Notes: generated by a model from the letters alone, not told the origin. Shown: positions 1-8,612, counted from the stretch's first letter. The stretch is DNA of 17,366 bases from Campylobacterota bacterium (GCA_034722955.1 JAYEOM010000018.1:1-17366); one strand, 5' to 3'. Made by a program: numbers and translations.

Positions 1-960
1 TGGGAAATACCTAAGATGAGAACAGAGTTTTTCACTAATGAGTATGGCTTTATTACAGACTTTATGGCAGAGTGGATGAGAGAGCTTCAAAAGATGAACT
101 TCTCAAATGCTATTGATAAGTATTTCAAGCTTGGGAAAGACCTAAATCAAAGAGATAGTAGAGCTGTTAAAAAAACAGTTAGTGGTCTTCTCAAACTTAT
201 GCATCCAAATGGTGTATATGACAAAGAAGATGTAAGAGTAGCCTTAGAATATACACTTGTAGGTAGAAGAAGAATAAAAGAGCAACTTAAAAAGATTGGT
301 GGTATGGAGTTTTACGATGTAAATTTCTCATATATTGATATTGAAGATGATAGTGAGATAAGAGTAGCTGTTCCAGAGAGTGGTGGAAATGCACTTATTC
401 CAGATGGACAACTTCCAAATGGTTCTTTATATACTGTTACATACAATCCAGATAATGGTCATAAAGGTCTATTTAGATTGGACTTGCAAGTTATGGCAGG
501 TGGTGGAAAACTTGATAGCACAGGATTTAGTGGAGCCACTATCAAAGAGGAGATAAAAGAAGCTACTAACTATATGCAAGCAAATCTACATCGTGTTTCA
601 CTAAATACTAAGTATAAAGACTTTGACTATCACTTAAAAGCTACCGACCTTAACGGTATAGGTAAATCAAAAGATATTGAACTATCTATATTTGTATCAC
701 TATGTAGTGGTGTTCTTGAGAAGCCTTTACTGTCTCAAATGGTAGTTCTTGGAAGTATGAGTATAGGTGGGACAATCATCGGCACAGAAAGTCTACCAGA
801 TGCTTTACAAATTGCAAGAGATAGTGGAGCTAAGAAGATACTCCTTCCTGCTCTTGATATGGCACAAATGGCAAAAGTGCCACCTGAACTTATGAGCAAG
901 TTCCAGCTTATTATTTATGCTGACCCTATTGATGCTGTGTTTAAGGCTGTTGGGGTGTAA
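1..960 (+). CDS. brxL: BREX system Lon-related protein BrxL, 5'-partial (C-terminal part)
   Basis: The frame is open from base 1 (WEIPKMRTEFFTNEYGFITDFMAEWMREL), matching the BrxL 'GWEIPKMR.EFF...YG' signature. It also has LNQRD..AVKKTVSGLLKL, GRRRIKEQLKKIGGMEFYDVNFSY and a Lon-like C-terminal domain (VVLGSMSIGG, GAKKILLP). The ATG at 16 is internal. Confidence 0.93.
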   Translation, partial: WEIPKMRTEFFTNEYGFITDFMAEWMRELQKMNFSNAIDKYFKLGKDLNQRDSRAVKKTVSGLLKLMHPNGVYDKEDVRVALEYTLVGRRRIKEQLKKIGGMEFYDVNFSYIDIEDDSEIRVAVPESGGNALIPDGQLPNGSLYTVTYNPDNGHKGLFRLDLQVMAGGGKLDSTGFSGATIKEEIKEATNYMQANLHRVSLNTKYKDFDYHLKATDLNGIGKSKDIELSIFVSLCSGVLEKPLLSQMVVLGSMSIGGTIIGTESLPDALQIARDSGAKKILLPALDMAQMAKVPPELMSKFQLIIYADPIDAVFKAVGV

Positions 961-998
961 AATCCCAGTCAATTAGGATTTATGCAACTTTTTCTTGA
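955..998 (+). terminator. Possible weak intrinsic terminator after brxL
   Basis: AAATCC-N10-GGATTT stem, extendable with a bulge (GTGT/ATGC), followed by AACTTTTTC. The stem is short. Confidence 0.25.
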
Positions 999-1029
999 TT
1001 TACTCTTGGGCTTTTTTGAAACTGAATTT

Positions 1030-2064
1030 GACTCATCATCAGTCTGCTCTGTGGCTTTTGGATTGACAGATGGAGATATAGATGCTTTCTCTATGCGTTT
1101 TGGAGATTATGCGTGTGATGAAGGTATCTTTATCGATGCAGTTGCAGAAAAACTTGATATAGGGCCTTCAGAGATAGAGATTGATAAAGTAGATTATAAA
1201 AATGAGTACAATATGGACTTCAACTATCGCATCAATCCGCACTGGTCTATCTTTTTAACTTATACACAACTTTTTCCTATTGCCAAAGCAGTCAAAGAGC
1301 GTGGTATCAAAGTTGTCTTGACGGGTCAGGGTGGCGATCATATTATGAGTGGCAGTCGAAACATGCTGATAGATTACCTCGATAGGCACCAATGGAAAAA
1401 GCTTTTCTTGGAGATATCGGCACTAGGCTTTAGCAGAAAAAATATCAGAAATTATCTACTCTCTCCACTTTTAAATCAAAAACAAAAAAAGATGATAAAA
1501 CTGATACTTGAAAAATTGTACCTCAGAAAACCAACGAAAAGTGAGAGAGCAGAGAGAGCTGATTCTCTCGAAGATTCAACATTTTTTTACTCCAAGGCTT
1601 TTAAGTATGATGTAGAGATGTTGACAGATTCTGGTTTTAGTACGGTTTTTGACAGTAGTGCTTACCATGGAGCAAGAAAACTTTATGGTATTGAGTATAG
1701 ACATCCATTTTTTGATATTCGTCTTGTCGAATTTATGCTTTCACTCCCCGCAGAATTTAAATATTCAAAAAAGAGTATAAAAGTACTTTTGCGTGAAGCT
1801 ATGAAGGGTATTTTACCTGAAAAAGTAAGAGAGAGGGAGGATAAAGCAGAATTTTCAGAAACGATTATGGATCAACTCAATGCCTTGGATCTTGAAATAA
1901 TATTTGACAATGCTCTTGTCGTGGATTTGGGGATCATCTCCAGACAAAAAGTGGATGAATACTTAACACAATATAGAGATCATCTACTACCTCACACTAT
2001 AGAGCTATGGACATTAGTCAATCTTGAAATATGGCTAAATACGATAAGTGTAAAAAGTAAATAA
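1030..2064 (+). pseudogene. 5'-truncated asparagine synthase-related (AsnB C-terminal / lasso-cyclase-like) gene
   Basis: Homology starts at DSSSV, the tail of the SGGLDSS PP-loop. Then come CDE, VVLTGQGGD, EYRHPFFDIRLVEF and KVLLREAMKGILPEKVR.REDK. The N-terminal domain and the SGGL half of the loop are absent. The first 16 codons of ORF 982..2064 do not resemble the family. Confidence 0.8.
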
Positions 2065-2079
2065 GGCTACCAAACAGCT

Positions 2080-2484
2080 TTAATCCCTCACACATCTCAC
2101 ATGATAAGAGCGACTTTTATTGTAAGGCTCTGACTCTCCATAGCTCATAGATATACGCCATGCCTCTTTTTTGGGATTGCCTACAAAAGATGTAGCAGTC
2201 CAAAATCGGTCACTGATGCGTACTTCAAAACCTCTCTTGAGTGCCGGTCTGTCTCTTCTCATATCTACGATCGTATACATTTCACTGAGTGTGGGAAGTC
2301 GCCAATCTTCAAAACCATCTAGTTTGAGTTGTCTGCAATATACTATAGCCTCCCTATGTTCCATCTCATTTTGAATAATATCTCTGTTATCCTGCCACAC
2401 AAGTCCAGTTTTGTCATCCTGTTTGGATGATGCGGCAGATAGAAGTGCACCTGTGATCATCAGTGTAAATAAAATAGATTTCAT
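2080..2484 (-). CDS. Secreted DUF1566 (Lcl C-terminal domain) protein
   Basis: Motifs D.KTGLVWQ, YC..L.L.G..DWRLPT..E, FWT.T, AW and VRCVR. The start is reassigned to ATG 2484: it has a GGAGGG RBS, an ATGA overlap with the upstream gene, and a signal peptide (MKSILFTLMITGALLSA). Confidence 0.88.
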   Translation of the reverse strand: MKSILFTLMITGALLSAASSKQDDKTGLVWQDNRDIIQNEMEHREAIVYCRQLKLDGFEDWRLPTLSEMYTIVDMRRDRPALKRGFEVRISDRFWTATSFVGNPKKEAWRISMSYGESEPYNKSRSYHVRCVRD

Positions 2485-2936
2485 ATCCCCTCCTTGGCTG
2501 CTTTGGATCTCATATCTTTGACACATCTCACGGTATGGTTGGTGGTCTTATAGTTATAATAAGTCTCCCCAGTACGAAAATCTACTGTCCAAGCTCGTGA
2601 TGTAGTAGGAGCAAAGTTTGTAGAAGTCCAATATGTACCACTATCTACATAACTAAAGATAGGGTTGATAGAGGGGTTTGCCCGTGAATAATCCACGATC
2701 GAAAAAAGCTCTTTAAATGTCGGCAGTCTCCAGTGATCCATGCCACTTAAAACAAGTTTGTCACAATACAGAACTGCATCATCCCAATCTTCTGAACTCT
2801 TTTGAGAGGAGATATCATCTTGCCAATAGATACCATTTCTCTCATCTACTACTGCACCAACCAAGCCTTTCTCATCAGCTAAACAATCTGTACCTATAAG
2901 CAATCCTACGAAAAACAACATTATATATTTCTGCAT
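2481..2936 (-). CDS. Secreted DUF1566 (Lcl C-terminal domain) protein
   Basis: Motifs V.D...GIYWQ, WDDAV.YC, WRLPTFKEL.SIVD, YWTST, AWTVDF..G and VRCVK, plus a signal peptide and an AAGGAG RBS. The start is ATG 2936, or alternatively TTG 2942. Confidence 0.9.
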   Translation of the reverse strand: MQKYIMLFFVGLLIGTDCLADEKGLVGAVVDERNGIYWQDDISSQKSSEDWDDAVLYCDKLVLSGMDHWRLPTFKELFSIVDYSRANPSINPIFSYVDSGTYWTSTNFAPTTSRAWTVDFRTGETYYNYKTTNHTVRCVKDMRSKAAKEGI

Positions 2937-2976
2937 AGTCAAGATACTCCTTTTGATATTTCGGGTTTACTATTTG

Positions 2977-2985
2977 ATTATATCA
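2977..2985 (-). promoter_or_regulatory. Extended -10 promoter (TGATATAAT) for the DUF1566 pair
   Basis: Minus-strand TGaTATAAT about 25 nt upstream of the AAGGAG RBS. Confidence 0.6.
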
Positions 2986-2995
2986 TAATAATATA

Positions 2996-4153
2996 TTATT
3001 TAATCATCTCCAACACTCTTCCAACTGCCAAACCGCCAAATGTACCCAGTATATACCCCATCATAGCCATCAATACACCTATAGGGATGAGGGCTTTTGA
3101 GTATGCACCTGCTAGTATAGGGGCTGAGGCTACACCACCGATATTTGCGAGAGATGCAACACCTAGACTGAAGAGATCCAGCTTGAAAATCTTGGCAAAA
3201 AAGATCATCAACAGAGCATGAATGGAGATGATCACAAAACCTGCGATGATATAGAGTGGTGCCTGTGTCAATTCACCAAAGTTTGCACGAGAAGCGATCA
3301 GGGCTACTATGATATAGAGAAAAATATTGCCTAGCTCACTCGATCCAGCTACTCTACTCAATGGTGTCATAGCAGATATGGTTCCTGCGATCGTAGCCAA
3401 GATCACTACCCAAGTAGTTGTCGTAACAAAATCACTCACTGGTAGTAATCCAGCGATATATTGACTCATAGCAGAGACCATAAGAGCGATACCCAAAAGT
3501 AAAAATAGAGAGTGAAAAGTTATCTCTTCTCTGCTATGAGACCGAGACAACTTCTCCCCTACTTCATCTATGATAGATGTATCCGCACCACTCCATCGGT
3601 TAAACTTGCCTGCCAAAGGCACCAGTGCCAGCAGTATCATCACCCAGATAGCATAATCAACAGAGTCTATGAGAAGAGCATATCCCATCTTGGCATCGGG
3701 TACATTTAGAGCACCCTGTATCGCTACCATATTGGCAGTCCCGCCCATCCAGCTGCCACTCAATGCTGCAAATGCTCTCCACGCATCAGGCTCAAATAGA
3801 GTATGAAAGAGCAAAAACATCCCTATAAACCCTACTGCTATACTCATCGCAGCGAGAAAAAATGTCAAAATCATCTTTTTGCCGAGCTTCATAATCTGAC
3901 GAAGATCAGCATGCAGAAGCATCAAAAATATCATAGCTGGCAAGATATTGGACTTGATACTCTTGTAGGTCTCTGTAACCTCACTACTCTTCTGCCACAC
4001 CTCTAGTGTAGATAGCAGCATCACCACAAAATAGAGGATAACAATAGCAGGCAGATAGTCAAAGAGTCGCCATCTGTAGTACTTTTCACTATAGATTATA
4101 GCAGAAGCGATCACAATCAACAGAGACAAGTAGATAAAACCATTTTCAATCAT
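2996..4153 (-). CDS. DUF819 family integral membrane protein
   Basis: Polytopic hydrophobic protein with the family motifs GSWMGGTANMVA and ASLANIGGVASAP, and a GAGG RBS. Confidence 0.88.
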   Translation of the reverse strand: MIENGFIYLSLLIVIASAIIYSEKYYRWRLFDYLPAIVILYFVVMLLSTLEVWQKSSEVTETYKSIKSNILPAMIFLMLLHADLRQIMKLGKKMILTFFLAAMSIAVGFIGMFLLFHTLFEPDAWRAFAALSGSWMGGTANMVAIQGALNVPDAKMGYALLIDSVDYAIWVMILLALVPLAGKFNRWSGADTSIIDEVGEKLSRSHSREEITFHSLFLLLGIALMVSAMSQYIAGLLPVSDFVTTTTWVVILATIAGTISAMTPLSRVAGSSELGNIFLYIIVALIASRANFGELTQAPLYIIAGFVIISIHALLMIFFAKIFKLDLFSLGVASLANIGGVASAPILAGAYSKALIPIGVLMAMMGYILGTFGGLAVGRVLEMIK

Positions 4154-4421
4154 TTAAACCTCATTTATTAGTGTGAATAATCATACTAAAAAAGTGCTTT
4201 AAGGAAGTTATTTATTATTTAAGGGGTCTGGTAACAACTACAACCTTCAATACCAATACCACCTCCAAAGCAAAACAAGCTAAAATAAAAAATGTCGCAC
4301 AACCTAAGAGCCACACTGCACCGATTATTTATAAAAAGGCACAATATGATAGAGACTTTTTCTACTCAATCATTTAGACCTCATCTCTTAGTATGAGCCA
4401 TCATACTCAAAAGGATGCTTT
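4146..4421. repeat. Imperfect direct repeat (4146-4200 and 4366-4421), each copy containing a palindrome
   Basis: 4146-4187 and 4366-4407 match at 35 of 42 positions (counted by eye), 220 bp apart. The cores are TTAGTGTGA-ATAA-TCATACTAA and TTAGTATGA-GCCA-TCATACTCA. Confidence 0.85.
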
Positions 4422-4499
4422 GATTACAACTTATTCACCATGTGTTAATAAAATAATCATACCATAAGATAATCTCAAATAAATTATGAAAGATAAATT

Positions 4500-5849
4500 A
4501 TGAATAAAAAATTACTATTTACTCTACTATTTTCCGCTCAATCGCTCCTGCTGGCAAACTATACTCTATCGGAGGGGAAGCGTGCACCTAGCCAGATAGA
4601 TCGTATGCCACAGGGGCAGATAGAAGATATGAAAAAGATCCCTCAAAACCCTGCTTTTTATGCCAAACAGCTCAAAAAAGTCTCATATAAAAAACAGTTG
4701 AAGTGGGACAGGGAATATAACAAAAAGTTTTTTAGACCTTGGAGTCTCAACAAGATAGATAAAGCACTCAATGAGATGGAGTGGCCATTTCGTTCTGTCA
4801 CAAAAAAAACTATCTATGACAGCAGAGGTCGAGTCATCCCCTCTACTACCTATCAGCACTGGATCAAAAATGCCAATTTTGGCAAACTTGATACTATCCA
4901 CCAGAGAGGCATCACAACCAAACATGTAAATCTCCGTGCTCTGCCTACAAGTAGACCTTTTTATAATGATCCCAAAAAAACAGGTGAAGGTTTCCCCTTT
5001 GACTATAACCAAAACAGCTCATACCATATCAATACGCCACTCTATATATCACACTACTCCATCGATAGGAAGTGGGCGTATGTGCGTGGATCTGCCACCT
5101 ATGGATGGCTACCGATCTCTAGTATGGCTGTAGTCGATACTAAATTTATCAAAAAGTTCAAAAACAACCATTATGCTGTCGTCATCAGGGATGATCTCAA
5201 GCTATATAAAGATAAAAAATATCTCTCATTGGTGAAGTTGGGTGCTATCTTTCCTGTGATCAAAAGTCCTGTAGAGAAAAAAGCAAAAGCATATCTATTT
5301 GCAATACGAGGAGAAGGCGGAAAAGCCATCCTCCAATATACAACTGTTGCAAAAGCTGGATTGATCGCTAAAAAACCTATCGCTATGAGTAGCAAAAATG
5401 TGACGATGATCTCTAAGCAGTTCTATAATGAACCTTATGGATGGGGTGGATTGCTACAGACTAGGGACTGCTCCTCTTTTACAAAAGACTACTTTGCTCC
5501 ATTTGGTATCTTCCTGCGTAGAAACTCCAGCAAACAGGCAAAAGATGGAAAATATAGCAACATCAAAGGTATCCCAAAAGAGAAGAAAAAGAGGACGATC
5601 ATCACCAAAGCAAAACCATTTCAATCGATGCTCTATGTTCCTGGTCACATCGTCTTATATCTAGGTCAATACAGAGGTGAACCCGTAATCATGCATACCT
5701 ACTGGGGTGCCAGGCTCAAAGATGGCAGCAAAAAGATATTGGGCAGAACAGTTATCACCACCACAGAACCAGGAAAAGAGTTGGGAAATATCAAAGAGTC
5801 AAGCAAACTTGCCAATACACTAAAGGCGATCGTAACGCCAGGGGGATAG
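4500..5849 (+). CDS. SH3-domain NlpC/P60 (C40) cell-wall peptidase
   Basis: Signal peptide, FF.PW N-domain, LRALPT..P and GEGFPFDY.Q.S SH3-type region, catalytic PYGWGG...RDCS (Cys) and GHIVLYLG (His). Confidence 0.9.
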   Translation: MNKKLLFTLLFSAQSLLLANYTLSEGKRAPSQIDRMPQGQIEDMKKIPQNPAFYAKQLKKVSYKKQLKWDREYNKKFFRPWSLNKIDKALNEMEWPFRSVTKKTIYDSRGRVIPSTTYQHWIKNANFGKLDTIHQRGITTKHVNLRALPTSRPFYNDPKKTGEGFPFDYNQNSSYHINTPLYISHYSIDRKWAYVRGSATYGWLPISSMAVVDTKFIKKFKNNHYAVVIRDDLKLYKDKKYLSLVKLGAIFPVIKSPVEKKAKAYLFAIRGEGGKAILQYTTVAKAGLIAKKPIAMSSKNVTMISKQFYNEPYGWGGLLQTRDCSSFTKDYFAPFGIFLRRNSSKQAKDGKYSNIKGIPKEKKKRTIITKAKPFQSMLYVPGHIVLYLGQYRGEPVIMHTYWGARLKDGSKKILGRTVITTTEPGKELGNIKESSKLANTLKAIVTPGG

Positions 5850-5973
5850 GCACCTAAATTATGATCACAGTAAACCATAAAATTAAAAAAACAAAACAGA
5901 AATATATTATCATCACATTACACACTATGTTTGTTTCTAAAACAGCACAGATGCTAACTTTTTCTATAATTTA

Positions 5974-5982
5974 TGCTAAAAT
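5974..5982 (+). promoter_or_regulatory. Extended -10 (TGCTAAAAT) directly before rsmD, possibly leaderless
   Basis: TGnTAAAAT ends 6 nt before ATG 5989 and there is no SD sequence. A second TATAAT lies at 5965-5970. Confidence 0.5.
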
Positions 5983-5988
5983 TATTTT

Positions 5989-6597
5989 ATGAAAAAATAT
6001 GAAAAAATCAAACTTTTTACTACTACTATCATCGGTGGGAAGTATAGAGGCAAAACTTTAGAGATACCAGCTATCCATACTACACGAGGCTCCAAATCTA
6101 TCCTCAAAGAGTCACTATTCAATACCCTACAGTTTGATATTGCAGAGAAGAACTTTGTTGAAGTATTCTCCGGTAGTGGCTCTATCGGGTTGGAGGCGCT
6201 GAGTCGTGGTGCGGGTGCATGCTACTTTATAGAGTATAACAAAGATGCTTATCATATCTTGGGGCAAAATGTCAAGAGATTGGACCCATCTAAGTGTCAT
6301 ATCTTTTATGGTGATAGTTTTGAGAAGTTCGCCATGGTACAGGAGATAGTCAAGAGGAGTGATGAGAAGAGTTACTTCTATTTTGATCCACCATTTTCTA
6401 CTCGTGATGGGATGGATGAGGTCTATGACCAGACTATAGGGCTGATAGAGAGTATCGATCCTGAGTATTGCGAGATGGCGATCGTAGAGCATATGACCAA
6501 ACTGGACTTGCCGGAGAGTATCGGTAGATTGAAGTTCGTCAAACGCAAAAAGTTTGGTAGAAGTACACTCAGCTACTATAGACCAAAGGAGTTATAA
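5989..6597 (+). CDS. rsmD: 16S rRNA m2G966 methyltransferase RsmD
   Basis: IIGGKYRG..L, TTR....ILKESLFN, EVFSGSGSIGLEALSRGA, DPPF and KKFG.S.LSYY. Confidence 0.93.
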   Translation: MKKYEKIKLFTTTIIGGKYRGKTLEIPAIHTTRGSKSILKESLFNTLQFDIAEKNFVEVFSGSGSIGLEALSRGAGACYFIEYNKDAYHILGQNVKRLDPSKCHIFYGDSFEKFAMVQEIVKRSDEKSYFYFDPPFSTRDGMDEVYDQTIGLIESIDPEYCEMAIVEHMTKLDLPESIGRLKFVKRKKFGRSTLSYYRPKEL

Positions 6598-7409
6598 TGG
6601 AGCGAAAGATACCCTATGTCAGTATAGCGATACTTTTAGGGATATTTCTACTCTCTTTTATAGCCCCTCTCTTCTATACGATCTCCCCTTTTGAGCTGGA
6701 TAAAACTTTGATCCTAAGTATGCCCGACTTGGAACACCCAATGGGTACAGATAGACTAGGTAGAGATCTGCTAGCACGCGTTATGAATGGTGGTCAAGTC
6801 TCACTTATCATCGGTGTAGGTTCTGCTGTTATAGCTTCATTGGTAGGGCTGATTTTGGGGGTGAGTGCCGGATATTTCAAGGGTTATTTTGATAAGAGTT
6901 TTGTGGTAATAGTCGATCTTTTTCTCACTTTTCCGACCTTCTTTCTCCTGCTCGCTCTAGTGAGTTACATCTCTGCCTCTACTTTGATCTTGATCCTTGT
7001 CATCTCTATCACTGGGTGGATGGGAACATCACGACTCATAAGAGCAGAGAGTTATCGTATAGCTAACCAACCATATATCAAGGTACTTACTATAGCTGAT
7101 GTCTCCAATATGAAGATCATCTTCAAATACTTTCTTCCTCTGTTGGCACCTATATTTTTTGTCAGTTTTACATTTGGTGTGAGTGGTGCTATACTTGCAG
7201 AGAGCGGACTGAGCTATCTAGGACTAGGCGTCACGCCTCCTGACATGAGCTGGGGGAGTATACTCAGCGAAGGCAAATCTGTCATGGAGATCGCATGGTG
7301 GGTGAGCTTTTTCCCTGGATTGATGATCTTTCTAGTGACCTTCTCTCTCATACAGATCAGTGACTATCTGCAGAAGATCACAAACCAAAAAGAGAGTGTA
7401 AAGTCATAA
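6597..7409 (+). CDS. Peptide/nickel ABC transporter permease (DppC/OppC family)
   Basis: HPMGTDRLGRDLLARV..GG..SL, ILAESGLSYLGLG..PP..SWG and WW...FPG. It overlaps the rsmD stop codon. Confidence 0.9.
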   Translation: MERKIPYVSIAILLGIFLLSFIAPLFYTISPFELDKTLILSMPDLEHPMGTDRLGRDLLARVMNGGQVSLIIGVGSAVIASLVGLILGVSAGYFKGYFDKSFVVIVDLFLTFPTFFLLLALVSYISASTLILILVISITGWMGTSRLIRAESYRIANQPYIKVLTIADVSNMKIIFKYFLPLLAPIFFVSFTFGVSGAILAESGLSYLGLGVTPPDMSWGSILSEGKSVMEIAWWVSFFPGLMIFLVTFSLIQISDYLQKITNQKESVKS

Positions 7410-7427
7410 ACAACTAGGAGTAATAAT

Positions 7428-8189
7428 TTGAAAAATGAAGATCACATTGCCCTCTTTATAGATAGTGACAATATCAGTTACCACGCCATAGAGGGTATAC
7501 TCAATGAGCTGAGCAAATATGGCATCGTCAATATCCGTCAAGCTTATGCCAACTGGACAAAAGAGAATTTAAAAAACTGGGAATCTATCCTCCTGAAGTA
7601 TGCCATCAAACCGATACAGCAGTTTGACTACACTAAAGGCAAAAACGCTACAGATATACTTATGACCATCGATGCTATGGATATGCTCCACACCAAAAAG
7701 ATAGATGCTTTTGCTTTTGCTACTAGCGATAGTGACTTTACCCCTGTCGTGATGCGTGTCCAAGCAGAAGGTATCAAAGTATTCGGTTTTGGAGAGAAGA
7801 AGACACCCAAATCATTTATGGCTGCCTGTTCACAGTTTATCTTTACAGAGAAACTTATGAACAACAAAGAGGATAAGTGGCAAACACAAGGAGAGATCAA
7901 AGAGATATCCGCACGCAAGAGTGGTAAAGATATGCGTGCGGATACTTGGCTGGTCAATATCCTGCGTACTGCACTAGAGCAGACTATGGATGAGGATGGC
8001 TGGGCAAACCTAGCAGAGATAGGTGCCTACATAGGCAACAGCTCATCCTTTTCGCCCATCAACTATGGATACAAAAAACTCAGCAGTCTCATCAGAGCAA
8101 CAGAACTTTTCGACATCTACATGGACGAAGAGAGCAAGCTGATGAGCATAAGAGACAAACGATTTAAACCATCACTGTTTGAGGCATAA
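7428..8189 (+). CDS. NYN (LabA/DUF88) domain protein with C-terminal OST-HTH/LOTUS domain
   Basis: IALFIDSDN, GKNATDI.M.IDAMD, TSDSDFTP and C-terminal DGWA.L..IG...FSP.NYGYKKLS.LI. TTG start with an AGGAG RBS. Confidence 0.9.
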   Translation: MKNEDHIALFIDSDNISYHAIEGILNELSKYGIVNIRQAYANWTKENLKNWESILLKYAIKPIQQFDYTKGKNATDILMTIDAMDMLHTKKIDAFAFATSDSDFTPVVMRVQAEGIKVFGFGEKKTPKSFMAACSQFIFTEKLMNNKEDKWQTQGEIKEISARKSGKDMRADTWLVNILRTALEQTMDEDGWANLAEIGAYIGNSSSFSPINYGYKKLSSLIRATELFDIYMDEESKLMSIRDKRFKPSLFEA

Positions 8190-8331
8190 CTGATCTCTAC
8201 TGGGCATCTTCATCTTTGGAGCTGATGAATATTTAGAGATCGTAGCAGACTCATAGTGTTTCTTATCATCTGCCCGTATGGTGTGAGTGGAGTCAAGAAC
8301 AGAAAAGTAGAGATATAGCTTAGATTTTAGA

Positions 8332-8350
8332 TATAATCACAACAAAGGAG
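8332..8350 (+). promoter_or_regulatory. -10 box and RBS of the antitoxin-like gene
   Basis: TATAAT at 8332-8337, AAAGGAG at 8344-8350, ATG at 8356. Confidence 0.6.
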
Positions 8351-8355
8351 AACAG

Positions 8356-8612
8356 ATGCAAACGCTAACTATAAAAATAGATGATGACTATCTCAAACAA
8401 ATTCTTGACTTTTTGCAACAAATCCCTAAAAATAAAAGAGAAGTGTACCAACATACAAAGCTAGACATTATTTCACAAATACCTCAGGGAAAAAAGATGA
8501 TGATTTTTTGAATATTTTAAAAAATGGTCCAACTATATCAGAAGAAGAAGCAGAAGGTTGGGAGAGTAGTATTAATAAAGGATACAAATCATGGACGATA
8601 GAAGAGTTTTGA
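8356..8612 (+). pseudogene. Frameshifted putative antitoxin (VapB-like position); not in the ORF track
   Basis: MQTLTIKIDDDYLKQILDFLQQIPK... stops at 8511. The -1 frame from the A-run at 8490-8495 continues DDDFLNILKNGPTISEEEAEGWESSINKGYKSWTIEEF* and overlaps the PIN start at 8591, the usual antitoxin-toxin layout. Confidence 0.65.

Noticed and set aside
982..1029. ATG 982 as the genuine start of a 360-aa protein
   Set aside because: The first 16 codons are non-homologous and replace the SGGL of the PP-loop, and the AGGA lies only 3 nt from the ATG. More likely a chance in-frame start.
2485..2526. 14-aa N-terminal extension of the second DUF1566 gene
   Set aside because: It overlaps the upstream gene. 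ATG 2484 has an RBS and a proper signal peptide.
8190..8320. Possible remnant of a membrane-protein 3' end (LLGIFIFGADEYLEIVA / LIVFLIICPYGVSG)
   Set aside because: It needs a frameshift, is short, and I cannot assign it to a family without a search.
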